Origin: a virus
Reading direction: 5' to 3' (one strand)
UHGV virus genome: UHGV-0047541
Length of the DNA stretch: 35,471 nt
In this document: positions 1-8,859 of the stretch, in pieces
How the letters are laid out: the number at the start of each line of letters is the position of its first letter
How positions within the stretch are numbered: the first letter of the stretch is position 1
Notes under the pieces: generated by a model
Seen by the model: the letters and a program-made list of their open reading frames with translations, nothing else
Told to the model about the DNA's origin: nothing
Databases searched by the model: none
Translations under genes and position numbers: made by a program

Positions 1-2492
1 CGGGCCATGTCATACACCGCCTTCAGAGCAGCCGGACCTATCTGCCCGTTCGTGCCGTCGTTGTTAATCACCACATGGTTATTCTGCTCAAACGTCCCGG
101 ACGCCTGCGACCGGCTGTCTGCCATGCTGCCCGGTGTACCGACATAACCGCCGGTGGCATAGCCGCGCATCAGCCGGTAAAGATTCCCCACGCCAATCCG
201 GCTGGTTGCCTCCTTCGTGAAGACAAACTCACCACGGTGAACAATCCCCGCTGGCTCATATTTGCCGCCGGTTCCCGTAAATCCTCCGGTTGCAAAATGG
301 AATTTCGCCGCAGCGACCTGAATGGCTGTACCGCCTGACGCGGATGCGCCGCCACCAACAGCACCGCCAATGGCGCTGCCGATACTTCCGACAATCCCCA
401 CCATTGCCTGCTTAAGCAGAATTTCTGTCATCATGGACAGCACGGAACGGGTGAAGCTGCGCCAGTTCTGCTCACTGCCGGTCAGCATCGCCGCCATATT
501 CTGTGCAATACTATCAAAGGTCTGCGTGGCTGCACTTTTTACCTGCGACATACTGTCCGTGGAGCTCTCTTCCCACTCACTCCAGCCGGACTTCAGGCCT
601 GCCATCCAGTTCCCGCGAAGCTGGTCTTCAGCCGCCCAGGTCTTTTTCTGCTCTGACATGACGTTATTCAGCGCCAGCGGATTATCGCCATACTGTTCCT
701 TCAGGCGCTGTTCCGTGGCTTCCCGTTCTGCCTGCCGGTCAGTCAGCCCCCGGCTTTTCGCATCAATGGCGGCCCGTTTTGCCCGTTGCTGCTGTGCGAA
801 TTTATCCGCCTGCTGCGCCAGCGCGTTCAGGCGCTCCTGATACGTAACCTTGTCGCCAAGTGCAGCCAGCTGGCGTTTGTACTCCAGCGTCTCATCTTTA
901 TGCGCCAGCAGGGATTTCTCCTGTGCAGACAGCTGGCGACGTTGCGCCGCCTCCTCCAGTACCGCGAACTGACTCTCCGCCTTCCACAAATCCCGGCGCT
1001 GCTGGCTGATTTTCTCATTTGCTCCGGCATGCTTCTCCAGCGTCCGGAGTTCTGCCTGAAGCGTCAGCAGGGCAGCATGAGCACTGTCTTCCTGACGATC
1101 GCCCGCAGACACCTTCACGCCGGACTGTTTCGGCTTTTTCAGCGTCGCTTCATAATCCTTTTTCGCCGCCGCCATCAGCGTGTTGTAATCCGCCTGCAGG
1201 ATTTTCCCGTCTTTCAGTGCCTTGTTCAGTTCTTCCTGACGGGCGGTATATTTCTCCAGCGGCGTCTGCAGCCGTTCGTAAGCCTTCTGCGCCTCTTCGG
1301 TATATTTCAGCCGTGACGCTTCGGTATCGCTCTGCTGCTGCGCATTTTTGTCCTGTTGAGTCTGCTGCTCAGCCTTCTTTCGGGCGGCTTCAAGCGCAAG
1401 ACGGGCCTTTTCACGATCATCCCAGTAACGCGCCCGCGCTTCATCGTTAACAAAATAATCATCCTTGCGCAGATTCCAGATGTCGTCTGCTTTCTTAAAC
1501 GCAGCCTCTGCCTTAATCAGCATCTCCTGCGCGGTATCAGGACGACCAATATCCAGCACCGCATCCCACATGGATTTGAAGGCCCGCGCAGTCCTGTCTG
1601 CCCAGGTCTCCAGCGTGCCCATGTTCTCTTTCAGGCGGCGGGTCTGGTCATCAAACCCTTTCGTTGCGGCCTCGTTCGCCGCCTGCAATGCCCCGGCTTC
1701 ATCGCCGGAACGCTGCAACTGAGCAACATACGCAATCTGCTCCGCCGTCACGTTATGGAACTGGCGTGCCATCGCCGTCAGCCCCGACGTCGGGTCTGTG
1801 GTCAGCTTCCCGAAGGCTTCAGCGACCTTGTCCACCTCCACGCCGGATGCAGAGGAGAAACGCGCCACACTCTGGCTGATGGACGCAATCTGAGCCTCAC
1901 CGCTTACCCCCGCCTTAACCAGTGCGCTGAGTGACTCGCTGGTCTGGTTAAACGTCAGCCCTGCCGCCTGCCCGGCTCTGGACAGGACCAGCATACGATC
2001 TGCCGTCAGTCCCGCCTGATTGCCGGAAAGGACCAGCGTTTTGTTGAAATCGGACAGGGTTGAGTTGCCCTGATACCAGGCATACGCCAGCGCACCGGTC
2101 GCCACCGCCAGCGAGGTGGCCCCCACCATCGGCAGGGTGATCGCACCGGCAAGCCCCCTGAACATGGGGATCATCCCGCCGAAGGAGTCCTTCACCTGCC
2201 CCCCCTGTTGCAGCAGGATCAGCCACGGACTTTGCCCGCCTGCAAGCTGCGTGGCCACGTCGGTGAACTGTGCAGGCAGCATACGCATGGCGGCTTTATA
2301 CTGCCCGACGGAAATCCCCGCTTTCTGTGCAGCCAGCGCCTGTCGGCTCAGCGACTGTTCAACGACTGCCGCTGTTTTTTTCGCATCACTTTCCGTACCG
2401 GAAAAATGACGCCTGACTCTGGCCATCTGCTCGTCAAATCTGGCCGCATCCAGACTTAAATCAACGACCAGATCGCCTACCGGTTCAGCCAT
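1..2492 (-). CDS. H: tail tape measure protein (lambda gpH-like), 3-prime partial; start codon at 2492, 830 codons in window
   Basis: Minus-strand translation from ATG at 2490-2492 reads MAEPVGDLVVDLSLDAARFDEQMARVRRHFSGTESDAKK... and continues in frame to position 3 (…TNGQIGPAALKAVYDMAR), matching recalled lambda H. Absent from the ORF track only because it has no stop inside the window. Confidence 0.9.
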   Translation of the reverse strand, partial: MAEPVGDLVVDLSLDAARFDEQMARVRRHFSGTESDAKKTAAVVEQSLSRQALAAQKAGISVGQYKAAMRMLPAQFTDVATQLAGGQSPWLILLQQGGQVKDSFGGMIPMFRGLAGAITLPMVGATSLAVATGALAYAWYQGNSTLSDFNKTLVLSGNQAGLTADRMLVLSRAGQAAGLTFNQTSESLSALVKAGVSGEAQIASISQSVARFSSASGVEVDKVAEAFGKLTTDPTSGLTAMARQFHNVTAEQIAYVAQLQRSGDEAGALQAANEAATKGFDDQTRRLKENMGTLETWADRTARAFKSMWDAVLDIGRPDTAQEMLIKAEAAFKKADDIWNLRKDDYFVNDEARARYWDDREKARLALEAARKKAEQQTQQDKNAQQQSDTEASRLKYTEEAQKAYERLQTPLEKYTARQEELNKALKDGKILQADYNTLMAAAKKDYEATLKKPKQSGVKVSAGDRQEDSAHAALLTLQAELRTLEKHAGANEKISQQRRDLWKAESQFAVLEEAAQRRQLSAQEKSLLAHKDETLEYKRQLAALGDKVTYQERLNALAQQADKFAQQQRAKRAAIDAKSRGLTDRQAEREATEQRLKEQYGDNPLALNNVMSEQKKTWAAEDQLRGNWMAGLKSGWSEWEESSTDSMSQVKSAATQTFDSIAQNMAAMLTGSEQNWRSFTRSVLSMMTEILLKQAMVGIVGSIGSAIGGAVGGGASASGGTAIQVAAAKFHFATGGFTGTGGKYEPAGIVHRGEFVFTKEATSRIGVGNLYRLMRGYATGGYVGTPGSMADSRSQASGTFEQNNHVVINNDGTNGQIGPAALKAVYDMA

Positions 2493-2919
2493 ACCGGACT
2501 CCTCCTGCGATCCCTTCTGATACTGTCATCAGCATTACGTCATCCTCCGTCATGTCCGCCACATCCGGGGTCGCGGGGATAATTTCATTCCCGTCCGGAT
2601 CAAAGCGGACGCCTCCGGCAAGCCCTGCCGCTTTCTGCATCAGCACATCATCTTCAGACGCTTCATCAACCTCACGCCGGTTCAGCAGACTGAAATCCAG
2701 CGGATGCAGATCCGGATCGCTGAAAAACAGGCTGAGCACGGTGTACGTCAGCCCGGAAAAGTGCATATCCAGCAGAACATCATGAAAATAATGGGTGCTG
2801 TAAAAGCGGTGCCAGTCGGCATACTCCGTGGATGACATCCCGGCAAGCATGGCGCGCCAGTCGGGTCGCCCCATCTCGCGCGCCAGTTTCAGGGCAAAAC
2901 TCAGCTCACCGTCGAACAC
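2485..2919 (-). CDS. T: tail assembly chaperone T frame (expressed as G-T fusion by -1 frameshift)
   Basis: 144-aa ORF in the -1 frame overlapping the 3-prime end of G; slippery heptamer present (see 2919-2925). Confidence 0.8.
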   Translation of the reverse strand: MFDGELSFALKLAREMGRPDWRAMLAGMSSTEYADWHRFYSTHYFHDVLLDMHFSGLTYTVLSLFFSDPDLHPLDFSLLNRREVDEASEDDVLMQKAAGLAGGVRFDPDGNEIIPATPDVADMTEDDVMLMTVSEGIAGGVRYG

Positions 2920-3323
2920 TTTCCCGCAGAAACAGGCTCTGCAGGCCCGGCGTCTTCTGTCTGCTCAGGAGCATTATTCACAACAAACTCAGACATACCG
3001 GACAGACGCATTACCACATTTTCAGCCTGAGCAATTGCCTCTGTGGGCCAGGTGGTAAGCACTTCCTGCTCAATCTGTTTAACGGCTTCATCCATGGACG
3101 GCAGCTTTGTCTTCTGCGGATGGTTATGCCACAGGGACATCGCTACCAGAAAAGCGCCGGTTCTGACGAGATCTTCCACGCTCACCAGCAGGTTATCGCC
3201 ACCTCCCGCCCGTTCTGCCTGTCGTTTCAGCAGGGCGAGATGCTCAATACGCTGCAGGGCTGACAGTTCAGAAAGCGTGACACTTACGCCGTTATATTCA
3301 AATGATTCAGTTTTCAGGAACAT
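2901..3323 (-). CDS. G: tail assembly chaperone G
   Basis: 140 aa, MFLKTESFEYNGVSVTLSELSALQRIEHLALLKRQ...AGKCSTVS, near-identical to recalled lambda gpG. Confidence 0.9.
   Translation of the reverse strand: MFLKTESFEYNGVSVTLSELSALQRIEHLALLKRQAERAGGGDNLLVSVEDLVRTGAFLVAMSLWHNHPQKTKLPSMDEAVKQIEQEVLTTWPTEAIAQAENVVMRLSGMSEFVVNNAPEQTEDAGPAEPVSAGKCSTVS
2919..2925 (-). other. programmed -1 ribosomal frameshift slippery site G GGA AAG in G frame
   Basis: Plus strand 2919-2925 is ctttccc, i.e. GGGAAAG on the minus strand, phased as G-GGA-AAG in the gpG reading frame a few codons before the G stop. Confidence 0.8.
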
Positions 3324-3338
3324 CGCTGACTCTCCGGA

Positions 3339-4079
3339 TTAACTGTCGGTGACGGTGATTTCTGCAACCGCAGCAAGTTCACCATTACCGGATACGACCG
3401 GAATGTTGACCTTACCTGCAGCAACGCCGTTCACGGTGATGGTCATACCACTGACCGACACGGTGGCTTTTGTTTTATCCGCTGACACCGCACGGAAGCT
3501 CTTGTCGGTTGCGCCCTCCGGCTGGAATGCCACGGTCAGCGTGATGCTCTTCCCTTTCACCACCGAGGTGCTGGCAGGCGTCACGGTCATGCCGGTTGCC
3601 GCTGTTACCGTGCTGCGATCTTCAGCCATCGACGGACGGCCCACATTGGTGACCTTCACTGTGCGGGTGATCACTTCCTTCGCCGTCACCGCCTTACCGA
3701 TACTGCTGACCCAGCCACGGAACACATCGACCGTGCCGTTCGGGAAGCGGATTTTATAGGCACGGGTATCACCTTCATTAAACCACGCCAGCAGCGCCTG
3801 CTGACCCTGCTCTCCGGGCATCCACGCCAGCGTGAAGCTGGTATCTCCGGCGGATTTCTGCCCCTGCCCGGTCGCAGTCCAGTCTGCATCTTCATCATCG
3901 AGATAGCTGTCGTCATAGGACTCAGCGGTCAGTTCGCCGGGCGTCAGGTCTTTAACTTTTGCCAGACGCGACCAGTCAACGTCTGAAAGCGGATTCGCAT
4001 AAGGGTCACCGCTTCCCTTATAAACCCACAGGGTGGTCCCGGCACCTTTCACCGGCATTACAGGATTTGGTACAGGCAT
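3339..4079 (-). CDS. V: major tail tube protein V with C-terminal Ig-like (Big_2) domain
   Basis: ORF 3339-4109; the lambda V start [27 protein letters not shown] is the internal Met at 4079. Confidence 0.9.
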   Translation of the reverse strand: MPVPNPVMPVKGAGTTLWVYKGSGDPYANPLSDVDWSRLAKVKDLTPGELTAESYDDSYLDDEDADWTATGQGQKSAGDTSFTLAWMPGEQGQQALLAWFNEGDTRAYKIRFPNGTVDVFRGWVSSIGKAVTAKEVITRTVKVTNVGRPSMAEDRSTVTAATGMTVTPASTSVVKGKSITLTVAFQPEGATDKSFRAVSADKTKATVSVSGMTITVNGVAAGKVNIPVVSGNGELAAVAEITVTDS

Positions 4080-4086
4080 AGCGTCC

Positions 4087-4482
4087 TCACATTTCATAGG
4101 TAATGACATAAGTCAGATCGGCTGAACTCCACAGGCCCGCATCATCGTCGCGCCGGTAGTCATAGCCGCTGGCCACCATACTGGTGATCAAATCTGACAG
4201 TGCCGGGATATCGCTCATCACCGGATAAATCCGGGACTCCATCCACGCATCCAGCTCTGAATCCGGCACCTGAGCAGGCAGGAAAACTTCGATATGCAGC
4301 TCCGCCTGCCAGGTATCGCTGTCCAGCTCTTCGCCCGTGTATTCAGCGCCGGTGAGATAAACGGCAATTGCCGGAAAATCCGCCTCATCAAAAACAGCGG
4401 GGCGACCATCAAAAAGCGTCGCCCCGGTATCATGTTTCTCCAGTGCATCCAGTACGGCTGCACGGATATCAGTATGTTTCAT
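4087..4482 (-). CDS. U: tail tube terminator protein U
   Basis: 131 aa, [36 protein letters not shown]..., lambda gpU-like. Confidence 0.9.
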   Translation of the reverse strand: MKHTDIRAAVLDALEKHDTGATLFDGRPAVFDEADFPAIAVYLTGAEYTGEELDSDTWQAELHIEVFLPAQVPDSELDAWMESRIYPVMSDIPALSDLITSMVASGYDYRRDDDAGLWSSADLTYVITYEM

Positions 4483-5057
4483 CGCTTTATTACCATCCTC
4501 AGTTGATGCTGCAGCGCATAGCCCAGCTCTTTCGGAAGACGTTCACGCCGTATCCGCTCAATATTTTGTTTAAACGCCGTGGTCAGCGGCACCGCCATCG
4601 GGATTTTCACCACATCAATGGGGTAACGGTTTTTTCCGGCCACACGCTGCATGACATGCCACCGGCCATTTTTCAGTTGCTGAATAAACGCGCCGGGAAT
4701 ACGACGGTTACCCACCACAAGCACGCTGCCGCCACCTTTCAGGGATGAACGCTGCCCCTTTTTACGACGCCTGCGGCGCGAAAGGACAACCCGCGCATTA
4801 CCCAGCTTGATTACGGGCAAATCCCCCCGGTTAACTTTGATTCTGGCCTGCGGATTTTTGACCGTGGCCCTTTTCAGCCTGGCCCTTTCCTTTACCAGTT
4901 TCCGGCGTACCTTTGTCTCACGGGCAACCTGTGACGCCGACTGCGATATCGCGGATGACGCAACGCGGTTAATGGCCATTGCGGCGGCACCAGGCACCGC
5001 CGTTTTGCTGATACGGCTGAGGTTTTCAACGGCCTGCTCAAGACCTTTTATGACCAT
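4479..5057 (-). CDS. Z: tail completion protein Z
   Basis: 192 aa, lambda gpZ-like; position between FII and U. Confidence 0.85.
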   Translation of the reverse strand: MVIKGLEQAVENLSRISKTAVPGAAAMAINRVASSAISQSASQVARETKVRRKLVKERARLKRATVKNPQARIKVNRGDLPVIKLGNARVVLSRRRRRKKGQRSSLKGGGSVLVVGNRRIPGAFIQQLKNGRWHVMQRVAGKNRYPIDVVKIPMAVPLTTAFKQNIERIRRERLPKELGYALQHQLRMVIKR

Positions 5058-5068
5058 ACATCCCCCTT

Positions 5069-5422
5069 TCAGCGGCGACGGTTAACGGCAGGCGGTACGC
5101 CCCGTCCAAGCCAGAGATGACAACTTCCGCCATCATCCGGCGAAACCCGGTCCACCCAGAAATTTTCCTCACCGATGGTCAGCGTGTCTCCACGCCGCAG
5201 CTGCCGCACCTCATCAGTCCGGACAAACAGGGACGGGCTGGAGCCTTCAACGCGCACGCCCTGTCCGGCATAGCTGATATTTTCAGGGTCATCAAAAACA
5301 CCACGTATCACCGCACCTGACTGCTCACCGGATGTCATGGTGGCTGACGTTCCCATGTACCCGCGTATCGTTTCATCGGCGCGGGCAATGGCAGCATCGA
5401 ACAGGTTATCGAAATCAGCCAC
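5069..5422 (-). CDS. FII: head-tail joining protein FII
   Basis: 117 aa, MADFDNLFDAAIARADETIRGYMGTSATMTSGEQSGAVIRGVFDDPENISYAGQGVRVEG..., near-identical to lambda FII. Confidence 0.9.
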   Translation of the reverse strand: MADFDNLFDAAIARADETIRGYMGTSATMTSGEQSGAVIRGVFDDPENISYAGQGVRVEGSSPSLFVRTDEVRQLRRGDTLTIGEENFWVDRVSPDDGGSCHLWLGRGVPPAVNRRR

Positions 5423-5433
5423 AGCGCCTCCCG

Positions 5434-5832
5434 TTATTGCATTCTGGCCAGGCCATGTTCTGTCATTTCGGCTGCCACACTGACAGAGACACGAAACGCC
5501 GTTCCCGGCAGTACAAAAGCCACAGGCTCATCCCGCGTGGCGTGAAGTGCATCAGTATGCAGCGTCACCAGTGCCACGACCGTGACCAGAGCAGCCGTAT
5601 CAGTCACGGTATCCGGCTGCGCTGATACCACCTCATTTTCATGCCCGGTCAGCACATTTTCCCGGCTGAGAGGGGTGTCCTGACCGGAAGTTTCATCCGT
5701 GTCATCAAGCTCCTCTTCCAGCTCTGCCACACGCTGTGCAATATCTGCCGCACTTCCTGACATATCAGGTTCACGTCCCAGCAACTCTGATAGTTCTTTC
5801 AGGCGTTTCAGATTCTCGTCTTTCTTTGCCAT
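5434..5832 (-). CDS. FI: DNA packaging protein FI
   Basis: 132 aa; C-terminal half (ELEEELDDTDETSGQDTPLSRENVLTGHENEV...HTDALHATRDEPVAFVLPGTAFRV) matches lambda FI. Confidence 0.85.
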   Translation of the reverse strand: MAKKDENLKRLKELSELLGREPDMSGSAADIAQRVAELEEELDDTDETSGQDTPLSRENVLTGHENEVVSAQPDTVTDTAALVTVVALVTLHTDALHATRDEPVAFVLPGTAFRVSVSVAAEMTEHGLARMQ

Positions 5833-5884
5833 ATCTGTTTCCGGTTGAATAAAAAAGGGGGTATATCACCCCCCCGGTTATATG

Positions 5885-6913
5885 TTATTTCACCTGTACC
5901 ACTACGAACTCATCCGGATCAGGGAGTACCATCAGCGGCGCGGACTGCGTCATGGTGAATTCACGGGCGGGATCACCCACTGTCATCCAGTGTTTCGGGT
6001 AACGGGAAGAAGCCACCACACCTTCCGACAACGCCTGCGCATCCTGAATGGCACCGTAACAACGGATCCCATCTGCAGCAGTATTCCCCAGGACCAGCGT
6101 GCCATCTGGCAGATAACGTTTTTCGGTACCATCCTCTGATACATAAGACGTTTTCGCCACCACAATGGCCAGATCGCCGTAATACCCCTTGAAGGACACC
6201 ACTGCGCCCAGATCTTTCACTGCCGTTTCGAGTTGTGAATTTGAACCGCGACGGGTATCCAGTTTTTCGCGAAACAGCTTAAAACCATTCAGCAGACGCC
6301 AGACGGTACCGTCCATGATGGCAATATTCACAAGACCGCTGGCCTGGTCGCAGTAGAGGTCAATATCATGTGTAGGATCGAACGTGTCACGATCCTGTTT
6401 TGACCATTCCTTACCGCTACCCTGTGTGATGTTATTCTTCGTCGACCTGCCAAAATCGACCTCAATTTTCTCGAACTGGTCTCCTTCCATGGTGTATTTG
6501 CCATACAACACAGCATTTACCGCCTGCATTTCTTCCACCTGGACAATCGCGTGCTCTTCCTGTTTGAGGTTATCGGTAATGATACGCAGACGGCGGTAAG
6601 CCGGATCGTTCAGTTGAGATGGATCTTCACCAGGAAGGCGCTCAACCGCCTGCTGGTAATTAAATTCGTGTTTCGGCTTGACGTAGCCCGGACGCAACAC
6701 GCGGGTTTCACCACCACGATGACGCAGCACTTTTCCTTCAACAACCGGGGAGACATAGGCCGCCACCGGCGTTTTTCCGGTAATTTTGTCCAGCATCACC
6801 TCTTCGGTCTGGAAATTCACCGTACGGCGGAAAAACAGCTCCAGAAACAGCGCACGAAATTTAACTTTTTGTTCGGTATAACCGAGCAACTGGCGGGTCG
6901 TAAACAATCCCAT
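5885..6913 (-). CDS. E: major capsid protein E
   Basis: 342 aa, lambda gpE-like (PGYVKPKHE, KEWSK, DTRRGSNS, TVGDPAREFTM, SAPLM motifs). Confidence 0.9.
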   Translation of the reverse strand: MGLFTTRQLLGYTEQKVKFRALFLELFFRRTVNFQTEEVMLDKITGKTPVAAYVSPVVEGKVLRHRGGETRVLRPGYVKPKHEFNYQQAVERLPGEDPSQLNDPAYRRLRIITDNLKQEEHAIVQVEEMQAVNAVLYGKYTMEGDQFEKIEVDFGRSTKNNITQGSGKEWSKQDRDTFDPTHDIDLYCDQASGLVNIAIMDGTVWRLLNGFKLFREKLDTRRGSNSQLETAVKDLGAVVSFKGYYGDLAIVVAKTSYVSEDGTEKRYLPDGTLVLGNTAADGIRCYGAIQDAQALSEGVVASSRYPKHWMTVGDPAREFTMTQSAPLMVLPDPDEFVVVQVK

Positions 6914-6969
6914 AAATCAGTTCCTTCATTCAGAAATAAGTCAGGCCACCGCAGTGGCCTGATAATGTG

Positions 6970-7317
6970 TTACGGCAGCGCCGCATGACTCAGGGCACTG
7001 CCGGAAAAGGCGTTGGCCTTTTTGTGTTCATCCACACTCTCAGGCCAGTGAATTGCCTCCGTCGCAAAAGTCCCCGACTTGTAATACGTCAGTACCGTCT
7101 CTGTGCCTTCAAGCGGCAGTACCAGTATGCCAACCGCACCACCGGCTTTCTGTCCGTCCCAGACCACCAGTTTCCCGGTGGCCTCATCCAGCATCAGAGG
7201 CGTCAGAGCCGGTGTCGCCGAGGAAATCCCGCTGCTACCTGTGGCTGTATGAGCCGGATCATTACCGGAAAAAATACGTACTTCCGCACGCTGTTAAGTG
7301 ATGGTTTTCGTTACCAT
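6970..7317 (-). pseudogene. D: head decoration protein D homolog interrupted by an in-frame TAA at codon 8; an N-terminally truncated 74-aa product could start at 7194
   Basis: Minus strand from ATG 7317: M V T K T I T TAA(7296-7294) Q R A E V R I F S G N D P A H T A T ... continuing in the same frame into the lambda D-like body (SGNDPAHTAT, KSGTF). Confidence 0.6.
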
Positions 7318-7353
7318 ATTATTAAAACCTCATATTGATGATCAGCAGTGGCT

Positions 7354-8859
7354 TTATGGCATGGCCATGAGCATTTTTACGTCCGCATCACCGTCTGCTG
7401 ACGTTTGTGACATGCCGCCCTGCACCGCTGCCGGTGAATGGTTCGCCATGAAACGTTCAAACATGGATGTCGTGGAGGCAGAGACTGGTTCAGCTTTACC
7501 TGATGCAGCAGCCAGTACAGCCCGGGCATTCTCCACGGACATCCCCGGGCAGGCCGCCAGTTTTTCAGCCTGCGCCTCAGCCCCTTTCGCCTCATCCAGG
7601 GCCATGATTTGATCACGGAGTGATAGTCCGGCATCCGCCCGTGGTGAAGCAGCCAGGATCGGGCGGGCTTTTTCCACTGTCATATCCGGCATCGCCGCCA
7701 GCGTTGCAGCCAGTTGTTCACGACCTTTCGCTTCTTCACACGCCATAATGCGATCGGCTTCACTCAGCGGGGATGCCTCCGGCTGCTGCGGTGCCGCCGC
7801 TGCCAGAATCGCCCGGGCCTGCTCAACGCTCATTCCCTGTTGTCCTGCCAGCATCGAGGCAAGCTGTTCACGTCCTTTCGCTTCCTGGCATGTCAGGATC
7901 CCCATCACTCGCTGGTTCTCCTGCGCGACGGCTTCCGTTGCAGTTAATTGCGGCATAGTGCCTCCTGTATCATGTGTGTTCAGCGTCGCGGCCATCACGC
8001 TGATGGCATCCGACGCATTGATTAATTCATCCGCCAGCCCGGCCTCAATACCTGACTGCCCTTCAAAAACAGCGGCCTCTGTCCCCATAACCGTATCCAC
8101 AGATAAACCGGTATACATCGCCACTTTTTCAGCAAACATCCGGCGCGCCGCATCAATGCGCTGCTGCATGTCCTGGCGAACCTCTGACGGCAGGGATTCA
8201 AACTGATTGCCATCCACCTTGTGCGATCCGGCGTAAATAAGCGTGATATCAACACCGGCCTGCGCCAGATGACCGGCATAGCTGACATGGCTCATCATCA
8301 CACCAATGGAGCCGATACGTGATGTCTGGGTAATCAGCCGTCGGGAACAGGCCGATGCCAGCAGCATTGCGGCAGAACAGGCCGTGTCATTGCACAGCGC
8401 CCAGACAGGCTTCTGCTGCCGGAGGCGGTAAATCATGTCAGCGCAGTCAAACGCGCCGGCGGCCTGCCCACCAGGGCTGTCAATATCCAGCAGTACACCC
8501 CGCACCTGGGTATCCGACATTGCCTGCTGAAGACAGGCGACAATGCCGTCATAACCTGTCATTCCGGAAAATGGCCGCATCCCCCCCAGCCGGTGCACCA
8601 GCGTGCCTGTCACCGGCAGTACAGCAATACCATTCACCACCCTGTAAACACGGGCCGGTCGTTTTCCTCCGGCCATGTACTCGTCCGTTTCAGCCAGCAT
8701 CCCGGGAGCATCAAGCTGTACCTGCTGTTGCGGTACCGAAAGACTTGTCGCACCCATCTCACGCCCCAGCGCGCAAAAGAAAACCCGCGCATAGGCGGGC
8801 TCCAGAAGCAGCGGTTCATTGAATGCTGCTGCAATAATGTGTGAAAGATTACGTCTCAC
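7354..8859 (-). CDS. C: capsid assembly protease C with nested scaffold (Nu3-like) C-terminal region
   Basis: 501 aa; N-terminal and S49-peptidase-like core similar to lambda gpC; C-terminal three-fold repeat of EAKGREQLA...GMSVEQARAILAAA-type motif. Confidence 0.85.
   Translation of the reverse strand: MRRNLSHIIAAAFNEPLLLEPAYARVFFCALGREMGATSLSVPQQQVQLDAPGMLAETDEYMAGGKRPARVYRVVNGIAVLPVTGTLVHRLGGMRPFSGMTGYDGIVACLQQAMSDTQVRGVLLDIDSPGGQAAGAFDCADMIYRLRQQKPVWALCNDTACSAAMLLASACSRRLITQTSRIGSIGVMMSHVSYAGHLAQAGVDITLIYAGSHKVDGNQFESLPSEVRQDMQQRIDAARRMFAEKVAMYTGLSVDTVMGTEAAVFEGQSGIEAGLADELINASDAISVMAATLNTHDTGGTMPQLTATEAVAQENQRVMGILTCQEAKGREQLASMLAGQQGMSVEQARAILAAAAPQQPEASPLSEADRIMACEEAKGREQLAATLAAMPDMTVEKARPILAASPRADAGLSLRDQIMALDEAKGAEAQAEKLAACPGMSVENARAVLAAASGKAEPVSASTTSMFERFMANHSPAAVQGGMSQTSADGDADVKMLMAMP

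Noticed and set aside
75-2409. Series of overlapping plus-strand ORFs (75-338, 322-840, 786-1316, 1019-1450, 1356-1934, 1465-1722, 1664-1879, 2116-2409)
   Set aside because: They are antisense to the continuous minus-strand tape-measure (gpH) reading frame and have low-complexity, Arg/Ser/Cys-rich translations typical of spurious frames.
3349-3916. Plus-strand ORF 3349-3759 and minus-strand ORF 3686-3916 overlapping gene V
   Set aside because: Alternative frames of a well-supported gpV gene; no independent support.
7714-8844. Plus-strand ORFs inside gene C (7714-7947, 7748-8206, 7773-7958, 8355-8822, 8593-8844)
   Set aside because: Antisense or shifted frames of the gpC gene; Pro/Arg/Ala-rich junk translations.
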